Positions 31,762 to 41,362 of a DNA stretch of 64,000 nt are shown in pieces (position 1 is the first letter of the stretch; every line of letters begins with the position of its first letter). A program made the position numbers and the translations under genes. Below the pieces are notes generated by a model that was not told the DNA's origin, ran no database searches, and worked only from the letters and a program-made list of their open reading frames with translations. The stretch is from an uncultured Azoarcus sp. (GTDB lineage: Bacteria > Pseudomonadota > Gammaproteobacteria > Burkholderiales > Rhodocyclaceae), in contig CAYTAY010000001.1 in NCBI GenBank assembly GCA_964435845.1, forward strand, positions 153-64,152, read 5' to 3'.

Positions 31762-32652
31762 TCAGCGGCTGCGCTGTTGCCACGCGGACCACGAATACAT
31801 TGCCAGCGCGATCCAGATCAGCCCGAAGCTCACCAGCTGAACCCCAATGAGGGTCTCGCCGAAAATCAGCAAAGCGGTGAGAAACTGCATGGTCGGGTTG
31901 ATGTACATGAGGAAGCCGACCGTGGCGAGCCTCAGGCGGCGAGTCGCCCCCGCGAACAACATCAGCGGCAAGGCGGTCACCACGCCGCTGGCGACCAGCA
32001 GGCTGCTTTGCCAGGCATTGTCCAGGAAGTGCGAGCCGCCACTGCCGATCAGCCAGGCCAGTGCGATCAAGCCGACCGGCAGCAGCAGCAAGGTTTCTAC
32101 GAACAAGCCCGACAGTCCGTCGAGCGGCACCTGCTTGCGAAGCAGCCCGTAAGTGCCGAACGTCAGCGCCAGCAGCAGCGCGATCCAGGGCAACTGCCCC
32201 AGGAACAGCAACTGGAGCGCGATCGCGCCACCTGCCAGACCAACCGCCCATGCCTGCAGCTTCGCCATCCGCTCCTTGAGCACGAGGATGCCGAGGGCGA
32301 CATTCACCAGCGGTGTCATGAAGTAGCCGAGACTGGACTGGAACACCTGCCGGGTTTCGACCGCATAAATGAAGATTGCCCAGTTCGCGCCGATCAGCAA
32401 GGCGCAGGCGAATACCCGCCCCAGCCGTGCAGGGTGAGCCAGTGCGTCGGCAACCGGCTGCCAGCGCCCCAGGACGCTCACCAGCAACACCAGAAACACG
32501 CAGCACCATATGATGCGGTGGATCAGCACTTCCCATGACGGAATGCCTTCGAACAGCGAGAAGAACAGCGGAAAGCAGCCCCAGATGCCATAGGCCGCAA
32601 GGCCGTAGGTCACCCCCCGCCCTGTCTCGTTACCCTCACTCGTCGGATTCAC
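31762..32652 (-). CDS. rarD: EamA-family transporter RarD
   Basis: About 10 TM segments. AYGIWG-FP, HRIIW, SLGYFMTPL, YGLLRK, GFLMYINPT. GTG start. Confidence 0.9.
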   Translation of the reverse strand: MNPTSEGNETGRGVTYGLAAYGIWGCFPLFFSLFEGIPSWEVLIHRIIWCCVFLVLLVSVLGRWQPVADALAHPARLGRVFACALLIGANWAIFIYAVETRQVFQSSLGYFMTPLVNVALGILVLKERMAKLQAWAVGLAGGAIALQLLFLGQLPWIALLLALTFGTYGLLRKQVPLDGLSGLFVETLLLLPVGLIALAWLIGSGGSHFLDNAWQSSLLVASGVVTALPLMLFAGATRRLRLATVGFLMYINPTMQFLTALLIFGETLIGVQLVSFGLIWIALAMYSWSAWQQRSR

Positions 32653-32701
32653 TTACCGACTCTCCAGGCCATACGCATACGACAGGTACGCGACACACTT
32701 T

Positions 32702-33643
32702 TCACAGGCGTCCGAAATGCGCGACAGCAAAAGCGACCCGGGTATCCACATCCACACTATCGGGCTGCTTTTCGACCAGCTCCAGCCGGCCCCCGAGGCC
32801 CTCGCCGTTGGCCATCTGGATCGCCAAACCGGGACGGGCATTGAGCTCGAGCAGCATCGGGCCGTAAGTCTTGTCAATCACCAGGTCGGCGCCGATATAG
32901 CCCAGACCGGTCATCTCGTAACAGGCGGCGGCAAGCTTCAACAGGCCGTGCCAGTCGGGAATTTCCAGCTTGTCGAGCTTTCGGCCGGTATCCGGATGGA
33001 CGTCGACCGGCCGGTCGAACTGCACCGCAAACAGCGCACGCCCGGTCGCAATGTCGAGCCCGACACCCACCGCCCCCTGATGCAGATTGGCCTTGCCGTC
33101 GGATGCTGCGGTCGACAGCCGGATCATCGCCATCACCGGATAGCCCCTGAACACGATCACCCGAATATCCGGCACCCCTTCGTAGGTGTAGTCGGCAAAC
33201 CTGTCGTCGAACCGGATCAGCGATTCGATCATCGCCACGTCGGGCGAGCCCGCCAGTGAATACAGACCTGACAGGATATTGGATACATCCCGTTCCAGGT
33301 CATCGATGCCCAGCGTCGCGCCGCTCGGCTTGCGGTAGACACCGTCGGCGTGCTCCTCGATCACGAGAATGCCCTTGCCGCCACTGCCTTTGGCCGGCTT
33401 GATGACGAAACCGGCACGCTCTCGCACCAGTCCCGCGACATGCCGCACCTCGAACTGGGAGGTGATGGTGCCGATCAATTCCGGGCTGGTGACCCCGTAC
33501 TCATGCGCCAGCAGCTTGGTCTTGAGCTTGTCGTCGACCAGAGGAAAAAGGCTCCTCTTGTTGTACCGGGAGATGAAATGGATGTTGCGCCTATTCATGC
33601 CGATCACGTGGCGCGACCGCAACTCGGAAGGCTTGGCCCACAT
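32702..33643 (-). CDS. Alpha-L-glutamate ligase-like (RimK-related) ATP-grasp protein
   Basis: GMNRRN, VDDKLKTK, IKPAKGSGGKG, SGLYSL, GVPDIR, GKANLHQG, LELNARPGLAIQ. Start trimmed to MWAKPS. Confidence 0.9.
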   Translation of the reverse strand: MWAKPSELRSRHVIGMNRRNIHFISRYNKRSLFPLVDDKLKTKLLAHEYGVTSPELIGTITSQFEVRHVAGLVRERAGFVIKPAKGSGGKGILVIEEHADGVYRKPSGATLGIDDLERDVSNILSGLYSLAGSPDVAMIESLIRFDDRFADYTYEGVPDIRVIVFRGYPVMAMIRLSTAASDGKANLHQGAVGVGLDIATGRALFAVQFDRPVDVHPDTGRKLDKLEIPDWHGLLKLAAACYEMTGLGYIGADLVIDKTYGPMLLELNARPGLAIQMANGEGLGGRLELVEKQPDSVDVDTRVAFAVAHFGRL

Positions 33644-33648
33644 CCGGC

Positions 33649-35154
33649 TTACCTGCGAACCATGGGTTTGAAGCGACGCAACTCGAGCAACCGGTAACCG
33701 GTGTAGTTGCCAAGCAGCAGGATCAAGGCCATCAGAATGAACTGCACCCCGAGAAAATTGAAGGTGATGTGGCGTATCCAAGGGTTGGTCATCGCCAGAT
33801 AGGCGATTACCGCAGTCAGCAGGCTGCCGCCACCCTGGATCAATACCTCGCGCGGCCCCTCCTCTTCCCACAGAATCGACATCCGTTCGACTGTCCATGA
33901 CAGGATGATCATCGGAAAAAAGGTAATCGTCAGCCCGGCATTCAGCCCGAATCGATATGACACCACGGAAAACACCGAGATGATCGCAATCACCGTGATG
34001 ATCACCGCCGAAACCCTCGCAACCAGCAGCAGGTTGAGATGCGAGAGATAGTTGCGGATCACGAGCCCGGTCGTGACCACCAGCAGGAAGCCAATCAGGC
34101 CGGTCAATAGCGTAGTCTGGATAAAGGCCAGCGCGATCAGCACCGGCATGAAGGTGCCCGATGTCCTAATACCCACCAGAATGCGCAGCATGACCACGAT
34201 CAGTGCACCGATCGGGATCAGCAAAATCGTGCGGAACAAAGACTGCTCTTCGAGCGGCAAACTGTGAATCGAAAGTCCGAGCAACGAGGTCTCCGCCGGA
34301 CGCTGGGCGATGCTCTCGGTAGCGGACTGCATCTGCCGAATCATTGCAAAGCTCACGTTCGACCGGCGTCCGCCCTCGACCTGCAGCACCGGTGCGTCGC
34401 CCGCATGCCACAACAACAACCCCTCGGGTTTGCCCTGATGCCCATTGGCGGGATCGAAAATCGCCCACTCTTCACCCTTATACACCTGCAGCCAGGTCGC
34501 CAGGCTTTGCCGGCGCCGGCCATCCTCGAGCATCAGGCCGCTGACTTCACGGGCCGGCACGCCTGCCTGGTTGAGCATTCGCACCACCAACTCGGGAAGA
34601 TCGTATTGAGTCAGCAATAGTCGGGCATTTTCACCCTGAGTGGGGCCGGTCAGTTCGCGGATAAGCTCGCTCGCCAGCGTGTAGGGATCGGCCGAACGTT
34701 GATAGGCTCGGGTCAGCACCGCCTCTGCCGCAGTGTCGAAAGGCGATTGCCACAGGCGATCCTGGCGCAATGGCGGCAGTGGGATGTCCGCGCGTGCCTC
34801 CCCGGGCGCCACGAGAAAACTCGCCGAGTAATAGAGATGCTGGCTCCCCTGTGCTGCGCGAATCGACCATCGCGCCACACGCGAGTCGGCGGTTTCGACA
34901 AAGGTCAGGCCGTAACCGGATGACGCAGTATGCTCACCGAGCAGGCGATACCCCTGCTGGCTCATCGGTATCGCCAGTTCGACGAGTACCGGACCACCGT
35001 TCGCCTCGAGCCTGACCTGCGCCTCGACCTCCCATACCGCTCGCTGCTCGCCCGGAGTGAAAGGCACTTCGTACTGGATGTGACGGTGAATCGAGAGCCC
35101 GATGCCGATGAGCACCAGGAGCGCCACCACGATGTAGAAGGGCTTGCGCGACAC
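33649..35154 (-). CDS. Inactive transglutaminase-domain protein fused to 7 TM helices
   Basis: N-terminal TM, soluble domain (LEDGRRRQ), C-terminal 7TM region with TSGTFMPVL, TFFPMIIL-WTVER, GNYTGYRLLE. Confidence 0.85.
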   Translation of the reverse strand: MSRKPFYIVVALLVLIGIGLSIHRHIQYEVPFTPGEQRAVWEVEAQVRLEANGGPVLVELAIPMSQQGYRLLGEHTASSGYGLTFVETADSRVARWSIRAAQGSQHLYYSASFLVAPGEARADIPLPPLRQDRLWQSPFDTAAEAVLTRAYQRSADPYTLASELIRELTGPTQGENARLLLTQYDLPELVVRMLNQAGVPAREVSGLMLEDGRRRQSLATWLQVYKGEEWAIFDPANGHQGKPEGLLLWHAGDAPVLQVEGGRRSNVSFAMIRQMQSATESIAQRPAETSLLGLSIHSLPLEEQSLFRTILLIPIGALIVVMLRILVGIRTSGTFMPVLIALAFIQTTLLTGLIGFLLVVTTGLVIRNYLSHLNLLLVARVSAVIITVIAIISVFSVVSYRFGLNAGLTITFFPMIILSWTVERMSILWEEEGPREVLIQGGGSLLTAVIAYLAMTNPWIRHITFNFLGVQFILMALILLLGNYTGYRLLELRRFKPMVRR

Positions 35155-35157
35155 GGC

Positions 35158-36003
35158 TTATTCCTCGTCGCTTTCTTCGTCGGACTGGTCGCGCACGGCG
35201 CGAGCGGCCGGCTCGCCACCCGGAAACTCCGGGCGCGGGTGTACAAAGGTCCGGCTGACGTCCACCAGCACCAGATCCATCATGAATCGCCGTCCAAGCA
35301 ACACCGGATGGGTGAGCCGGGTACGGTCATTGACGGTGAACTCCGCCTGTTGCTCGATCGGGCCGAGCGTCATGGGCAGACTGATCACCGGCCGACGCTC
35401 GACACCAGTCGCCTGCACGATGCGCACATAGCGGCGCACCGGCAGTTCGAACCACGCGTCACGCGCCGCCTGAACCGCCACGTCCTCGCGTGTCAGCCCG
35501 AGACGGAAGCGAATCCACTCCCGTCCGTCACGTTCGAAGGTGGTGATCTCGGTCGCCGACAAGGACGCCAGACTGGCGCCGGTATCGATACGCGCCTTGA
35601 GGTAGGTTCCAAGCGTCGGCAAACCAACCCATTCGACTCTTCCCAAGGCAATTTTGTCGTCCGGGATGCGTTCGCTGGCCGCTGCCGGGGCAGGCGGTGG
35701 AGAGGGTGGCGTGGCAGCCCGCGCTCGGGCGGCGGCCTCCATCTGGGCAAGCGTGCGTCCCAGCTCTTCGATTGCACCGCCAAGTGCGTCGAAACGCTGC
35801 TCCAGGGCCGCGGCCTGCTCGGCAGTTCGCCGCTCACCCGCTTCCAGGCGGTGCTCCAGCCGGTCCACTTCGGCCACCAGCCTGGACTCGGTAACGAAGG
35901 AGTCGGGTGCAAGCCACTCGTGAGGTGTCGCACAGCCGCCGGCCAGGGCCGCTACGACGAAAAGCGTGCCGACCGCACGCGCGGAGGACATTCGAGAAAT
36001 CAT
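35158..36003 (-). CDS. Retropepsin-like aspartic peptidase (RimB / 'ATP-dependent zinc protease' family), probable lipoprotein
   Basis: Signal peptide ending LAGGC, coiled coil, Pro-rich linker, then LGRVEWV, ARIDTGA, RRPVI, FTVNDR, VLLGR. ATG 35991 is an alternative start. Confidence 0.85.
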   Translation of the reverse strand: MISRMSSARAVGTLFVVAALAGGCATPHEWLAPDSFVTESRLVAEVDRLEHRLEAGERRTAEQAAALEQRFDALGGAIEELGRTLAQMEAAARARAATPPSPPPAPAAASERIPDDKIALGRVEWVGLPTLGTYLKARIDTGASLASLSATEITTFERDGREWIRFRLGLTREDVAVQAARDAWFELPVRRYVRIVQATGVERRPVISLPMTLGPIEQQAEFTVNDRTRLTHPVLLGRRFMMDLVLVDVSRTFVHPRPEFPGGEPAARAVRDQSDEESDEE

Positions 36004-36199
36004 CTGGTCAGTCGATTCGATTGTTCTGGGCAGTCGATCCGTCAACGCGCAGGCATCGGAGGGTCGACAAGGTGACGGCGCGACACCGCCCTTCGCGTTC
36101 AGTGTGCATGGACAGAGGCATGCGGCGAAGGGTTCAAGAGAGCGGTCCGCTAAGGGATGGTAAGTGTGATGCGCCGTGGAAAACGTCACCAGTTGTTGC

Positions 36200-36284
36200 T
36201 GGTGCCCAGAAGAGGACTCGAACCTCCACGCCTCGCGGCGCCAGAACCTAAATCTGGTGCGTCTACCAATTCCGCCATCTGGGC
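36200..36284 (-). tRNA. tRNA-Leu (anticodon TAG)
   Basis: GCCCAGATGGCGGAATTGGTAGACGCACCAGATTTAGGTTCTGGCGCCGCGAGGCGTGGAGGTTCGAGTCCTCTTCTGGGCACCA: 85 nt, long variable arm, encoded CCA. Confidence 0.98.
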
Positions 36285-36323
36285 ACTGCGCCGGCAACAC
36301 GGCCGGAGCGTGCAACGCAGCGG

Positions 36324-36329
36324 ATTATA
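36324..36329 (-). promoter_or_regulatory. Putative -10 element (TATAAT) of the tRNA-Leu promoter
   Basis: Perfect TATAAT 40 bp upstream of the tRNA, followed by a GC-rich discriminator. The -35 element is poor. Confidence 0.5.
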
Positions 36330-36336
36330 CACGGCT

Positions 36337-37404
36337 TCACATTCGCAAACGCTCGCCGTATCCGGTCATTTCAAGATAACCCTGGCCGACCTCGCGGCCG
36401 TTCTCGAGCAGGCGGATTGCTCCCTCCCAATAGATCGCGCCGGTGGAGATCCGACCGTCGAGTTCCTGGTCGTCCATCAGCGGCTCGATCTCGAAACGCC
36501 GCGTGCCGGCTTCAACTTTCCAGGCCACCGGGTAAGCGATACCGCTGCGGGGTGAAACCCACCAGCGTAGGGGTTGAAAGCGCACCTCATCGGGCGAGAA
36601 GCTCCGCGGTGCACGTCCGGGTTCGACCAGCGTACCGGCATTGAACATCGCCTCGCCGATGAGATCCCGCATCTGGAAGGCCATCAGTGAGCCGCCATCG
36701 TGCAGGTTCACGCCGATCCAGTCCCACCCCGACGCGTCTTCGGGCAGGATCTCGCTCGACCATTCGTGGTCCAGCCAGGCATGCCCGCTCACTGCATGCG
36801 TCTTGTCGCCGATTTCCAGGGTGCCGCTCACCACGAGTTGCGGACGACTGTAGTAATAACTGGCATTTATCGGGTCCGGTGCCTTTTGGCTCCAGCCGGC
36901 CTTGCCGTTGAGCACCGGTTCCTCGGGTGCCTCGAAGCGCAGCGAGAAACCGAAATCCGCCGCTTGCACGGCCGTGGTGTAGTGCCCCGCCTGGTGCAGC
37001 ACCAGCGACCAGTCGCCGATCCAGGCTCGGGTGCGCCCCTCTTCGGCGCCAGCCAGGGGTACGAGCGCACGCGCTACCCGTTCGTCGTGAAGCAGCCGGC
37101 CACGATCCGGATCGGCGATGGCGGCATGGGCGAAAACGAGTTGCGTCGGCGCGAAACGGCTTGGATTGTCCTCCCCCAGCAAGGTCCGCACCCGGAAGAA
37201 AGTCACCTGAAAGCCCCGCTCGACGCCCTCCGCATCCTGCAACCAGCCGGTGACATACCACCACTCGGTGCGGTAATCAGGATGCGCACCGGTGTCCTGC
37301 GGAAACGTGATCACCTTGTCCGGCAGTACAGGCGGATAGCGCTCGGCCGCGATCACCACAAGCGAAGCGCCGAGCGCGAAGATCAGCAATAACACGGAGC
37401 GCAT
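36337..37404 (-). CDS. AttH/CrtC-like lipocalin-fold secreted protein ('carotenoid 1,2-hydratase'-like)
   Basis: Signal peptide, FPQDTGAHPDYRTEWWY, GFQVTFFR, SYYYS, AWLDHEWSS, WDW, DQEL, YWEG, GYLEMTGY. Confidence 0.88.
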   Translation of the reverse strand: MRSVLLLIFALGASLVVIAAERYPPVLPDKVITFPQDTGAHPDYRTEWWYVTGWLQDAEGVERGFQVTFFRVRTLLGEDNPSRFAPTQLVFAHAAIADPDRGRLLHDERVARALVPLAGAEEGRTRAWIGDWSLVLHQAGHYTTAVQAADFGFSLRFEAPEEPVLNGKAGWSQKAPDPINASYYYSRPQLVVSGTLEIGDKTHAVSGHAWLDHEWSSEILPEDASGWDWIGVNLHDGGSLMAFQMRDLIGEAMFNAGTLVEPGRAPRSFSPDEVRFQPLRWWVSPRSGIAYPVAWKVEAGTRRFEIEPLMDDQELDGRISTGAIYWEGAIRLLENGREVGQGYLEMTGYGERLRM

Positions 37405-39902
37405 CACCAATCCTCCCTTACTGCCGCCACTGCGCTGCCACGCATCGCCTTGGCACCGGAAATCCTGGCCGCCAACGCAGCCAGGATCACCAGCGTGATC
37501 GCGAAGCCGGTGATGGGGCCTGCCGGTGGCGTGAGATCCATGCTCCAGTGGAAGCTCTGGCGGTTGATCACTTCCACCAGCACCAGGGCAATCGCCCCGC
37601 CGGCCAGGGTTCCGATGACGACACCCACGCCCGCGGTGAGGCTGCCCTCGAGCGCCAGCAAGCGACCGATGTCACGCCGTCTCAACCCGAGGTGGCGCAG
37701 CATGCCGAATTCCTTGCCGCGACTGGTCGCCAGCGCCGCGAAAGTGGTGCTGATGCCGAACAGACCGATCAACACCGCGACCGCCTGCATCAGATAGGTG
37801 ACGAGAAAGGTGCGATCGAAGATCTCCAGGCTGATCGCGCGAATCTGCGCCGGCAGCGAGATCTCCACCACGCGATCGCCAAGGGTTTCGCGGATTCGCA
37901 TGGCAACAGTGTCACCGTCGGCGCCCGGCACCAGGTGCACGCCGAGGTCGTTGGTCAAGCCGTCACCGGACAAGCGACGATAATCGGCCAGTTCGACGAT
38001 CACCGCGCCGTGCTGGCGCGCGTAATCGCGCGTGACGCCGGCAACCACGAATCGCGCATCGCGCCCGGCGATCGGCAGCAAGAGCTCGTCGCCAATGACG
38101 AGCCGGTGCAGATCGGCCATGGCTTCGGTGATCCAGACCCGAGACCGCCCGTCATCGGCAATCGGTCCGCGGCGCACCACAGGCAAGGCATTGCCACCAT
38201 CGGTCGGTCGCGCGATCAGCGTGACCGGGAGCGCGGCATCGCCCAGTCGCAGACTGTCGTAGCGCACCGGCACCACATTTGCCACGCCGGCGGTGGCGGC
38301 GATCCGCGCGACCGCCTCCTCATCCAGAAAACCGCTCGCCGCCGACGAGGAGGCGCGCACATACAGGTCGGATGGCAGCACCTTGGAGAGCCAGTCGTCC
38401 ACCGAATTCCGGAAGGAGCCGACCATGATCGCCATGGACACAGCCAGCGCCACGCTTGCGACCACGCCGGCGCCGGCCACCACCACCTGACCGGGCGCAG
38501 CGGTCAGTCTGGCCCTTGCCAGCCGGGCGAGCACGCCTGTCGAAGCCGCTAGCGGTCTCGCCAGCCAGCCCACCGCCCCCGGCATGACGAGCACCGCCGT
38601 CGCAAGAATGAGTGCCACCGCAAGGTAGCCGAACACCGGAATCCCACCCACCGGCCCCGGAATGCAAGCGAGCAAAGCGAGCGCCATGCAGGCAAGTGCG
38701 GACCGCCATCTGGGTCTGGCCGCGAGCAGTTCGCGGTCGTTGCCCGCGCGCAAACCCTGGGCGGGTAGCTGCGCCGCGGCATGGCGTGCGGGCAACCAGG
38801 CGCCGGCAACCCCGGCCGCGACACCGAGCAACAGATACACCAGACTCGCGCCCGGCATGAATCGCACCGAAGGGGTCACATGGGCGAAGTAGCCGGCGCC
38901 CAGATCGCCGCCGACCAGCGCGAACGCCAGCGCCGCCAACCCATGCGCCGCCACGATACCAAGCAAACCACCGAGCAGGCCGAGCACCGCACCTTCCAGC
39001 AACAGCCCACGCATCACCAGCCCGCGCGCCATGCCCATTGCCCGCAGAAAAGCCAGTTCGCGGCTCCGCCGCACGACCGACAGGTACTGGGTGGAGAACA
39101 CCAGGAATGCGCCGGTCAGCAGGGCGATGCCGGCAAGCATGGTCAGGTTGACCCGGTAGGCGCGAGAGAGTCCGCTGGTCTCGGCAACGCCGGCATCGGG
39201 CGGCCTCACCGCGACGCCCGGAGGCAAACTCGCAGCGAGCCGCTCGAGGGCATCGTCGCGACGCACCCCTTCAGCCAGACGAAGATCGATCCGGGTCAGC
39301 ACCCCGATGCGGTCGAACACCTGCTGCGCCGAGGCAATATCCATAACAGCGAGAGTCTGTCCTGCGGGCGCGCCGGGCACCGCGCCAGAGACCAGGAGCT
39401 CGGTCTCGCGCAGACCGCTCTGCACTGCCAGCCGCTCGCCATCGGCCAGACCGAGCGCTTCACGCGCCGCAGCACTCAGGAACAGCCGCCCCGGTTCGAG
39501 CCCGAGCAGGCGTCCTTCGCCCTCTGCGGCCACGGGCATCAGCGTGGGTAACACCCCCGCGACACGAAAGAGATCCACGCCGTAAATCCGCAGGCGCTCC
39601 TCGCGCCCGGGCAGTCGCGCCTCGATCTCGAGTACCGGACTGGCCTGCCCCACCTCGGGACGTTGAGCGATGTCGAGATAGAGCCCATCATCGAAGCCGG
39701 CACGCGGGCCGACCACCTGCAGATCCGCTTCACCAGCCAGCAAGCGCATGCCACGCCCGAACTCGTCGAGCGCCGCGCCATGGATGATCTGCACCGCCAG
39801 CCCCAGCGCCACGCCCAATGTCACTGCGATCAGGGACAGCACCCCGGCCAGGCGGCGTCCCAGCAGACTGGCGACGAAAACCCGCAACAGCGCGCCGGTC
39901 AT
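37404..39902 (-). CDS. FtsX/MacB-like ABC transporter permease (fused AttF/AttG-type)
   Basis: Two MacB-periplasmic + FtsX repeats. ELAFLRAMG, IMVGSFR, EFGMLRHLG, INRQSFHWS. Confidence 0.9.
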   Translation of the reverse strand: MTGALLRVFVASLLGRRLAGVLSLIAVTLGVALGLAVQIIHGAALDEFGRGMRLLAGEADLQVVGPRAGFDDGLYLDIAQRPEVGQASPVLEIEARLPGREERLRIYGVDLFRVAGVLPTLMPVAAEGEGRLLGLEPGRLFLSAAAREALGLADGERLAVQSGLRETELLVSGAVPGAPAGQTLAVMDIASAQQVFDRIGVLTRIDLRLAEGVRRDDALERLAASLPPGVAVRPPDAGVAETSGLSRAYRVNLTMLAGIALLTGAFLVFSTQYLSVVRRSRELAFLRAMGMARGLVMRGLLLEGAVLGLLGGLLGIVAAHGLAALAFALVGGDLGAGYFAHVTPSVRFMPGASLVYLLLGVAAGVAGAWLPARHAAAQLPAQGLRAGNDRELLAARPRWRSALACMALALLACIPGPVGGIPVFGYLAVALILATAVLVMPGAVGWLARPLAASTGVLARLARARLTAAPGQVVVAGAGVVASVALAVSMAIMVGSFRNSVDDWLSKVLPSDLYVRASSSAASGFLDEEAVARIAATAGVANVVPVRYDSLRLGDAALPVTLIARPTDGGNALPVVRRGPIADDGRSRVWITEAMADLHRLVIGDELLLPIAGRDARFVVAGVTRDYARQHGAVIVELADYRRLSGDGLTNDLGVHLVPGADGDTVAMRIRETLGDRVVEISLPAQIRAISLEIFDRTFLVTYLMQAVAVLIGLFGISTTFAALATSRGKEFGMLRHLGLRRRDIGRLLALEGSLTAGVGVVIGTLAGGAIALVLVEVINRQSFHWSMDLTPPAGPITGFAITLVILAALAARISGAKAMRGSAVAAVREDW

Positions 39903-40576
39903 GAGACAAGCAAGTCGAAAGCGTGCAGTCCGTCACGTCGCAGTTGCAGCACCCGATCGGTCTGCGCCGCCGCGAGTCGCGAGTGTGTGACGACGATGCC
40001 GACCGCGCCAAGCTTGCGTACGGTATCGAGCAGCAAGGCGAGCACGTCGCCCGCTCTGTCCGGGTCGAGGTTGCCGGTCGGCTCGTCGGCAAGCACCACC
40101 GCAGGCCGATGCACCAGCGCACGTGCGATCGCGACCCGTTGCAGTTCACCCCCGGAGAGCTTGCCCGGCGCATCCTGGGCGCGTCCGCCGAGACCGACGG
40201 CATCGAGCATTTCCTGCGCACGTGCCTTGGCGGTGGCGGTGTCGACCTCGAGCAACCACAGCGGCAAGGCGACATTGTCGGCGAGGCTGAGGTGCGGAAG
40301 GATGTGAAAGGCCTGGAACACGAATCCGTAGCGCTTGCGTCGCACAAGCGCCCAGGCGTCGTCATCCAGCATGTCGAGGCGTTTACCCTCCAGATGGATG
40401 CGTCCGCCGTCGATCGGCTCGAGCCCGGCAATACAGTTCAGCAGCGTGGACTTGCCCACCCCTGACTCGCCCATGATGGCGACACAATCGCCCGGCGCGA
40501 TCGCCAGCGAAACATCGGAGAACAGCGGTTCCGCTTCGGGTCGGAAACGCCTGCAGAGACTGTCGAGTAGAAGCAT
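39899..40576 (-). CDS. ABC transporter ATP-binding protein (AttE/LolD-like)
   Basis: GESGVGKS, FVFQAF, LSGGELQR, LADEPTGNLD. Start trimmed to MLLLDSL. Confidence 0.92.
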   Translation of the reverse strand: MLLLDSLCRRFRPEAEPLFSDVSLAIAPGDCVAIMGESGVGKSTLLNCIAGLEPIDGGRIHLEGKRLDMLDDDAWALVRRKRYGFVFQAFHILPHLSLADNVALPLWLLEVDTATAKARAQEMLDAVGLGGRAQDAPGKLSGGELQRVAIARALVHRPAVVLADEPTGNLDPDRAGDVLALLLDTVRKLGAVGIVVTHSRLAAAQTDRVLQLRRDGLHAFDLLVS

Positions 40577-40740
40577 GTCGAGAAGACCGGGCAGCGCCGA
40601 ATTGGTGCCCGATGATCGCATAGCGCACGCTGCACAAGCGAGCCAGGGCACTCGGACGGGCATCACGATCCGGCTGCCATTGTCTCGGCCCCACACCGGG
40701 AGTACGATGGAAATTAATGAGTAGCCCATAGAGGTGGAAA

Positions 40741-41244
40741 ATGAGCGAAGCGATCCGTACCCCCAGCGCAGCTGATTTCATGACCGAGCACTTATGTACC
40801 GCGACACCGGATATGTCGTTGTCAGCGGTCATCTCGTTGCTGCTCGAGCATGGCACATCCAACACGCCGGTCATCGAACGGCGAAACGATCGGAAATATC
40901 TGGCTGGGTTCATCTCCGAGAAAGATTGTCTTGCCGCCCTGTCGGACGAACTCTTCTTTGGTTCGCCGAGTCCGGTCCAGACCGCGGCGACCGTGATGCG
41001 GCGTCATCCGGTCTGTGTCGCACCCGGCACCGACCTGTTTGCCTTGGCGTCGATTTTTGCGGTGCATGGCTATCGCCATCTGCCCGTGGTCGAGAACGAT
41101 GAGCTCCTCGGCATGGTGAGCCGCAGGGACGTGTTGCGTGCTATGGACGCCTACTATCGGGAGGTACTCGCCGCGACCGAGCGTGACCGCCGACCACCCG
41201 ACCTGAGCCAGATCGTCAATCAGCGCTTCATTTTGTCTCGCTGA
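40741..41244 (+). CDS. CBS-domain (Bateman module) protein
   Basis: AADFM...PVI...GFISEKD and VM...HLPVV...GMVSRRDVL. GAGG RBS. Confidence 0.88.
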   Translation: MSEAIRTPSAADFMTEHLCTATPDMSLSAVISLLLEHGTSNTPVIERRNDRKYLAGFISEKDCLAALSDELFFGSPSPVQTAATVMRRHPVCVAPGTDLFALASIFAVHGYRHLPVVENDELLGMVSRRDVLRAMDAYYREVLAATERDRRPPDLSQIVNQRFILSR

Positions 41245-41362
41245 TATTGCCTGCCGGCAAGCGTTCCAGTTCGGACTGAGCGACGCCGGCAGTGAAGCCC
41301 TGCGGCCAACGAAGGCCGCGTACCACGCTGTGCGCAGGGTGCCGCGCCGGCCCCTTGCTCCA

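Noticed and set aside
29000-36200. Integrative element with an att duplication of the tRNA-Leu 3' end
   Set aside because: No repeated tRNA 3' segment, integrase or transposase found by eye. The short TGGTGCCC match near 40603 is too short and on the wrong side.
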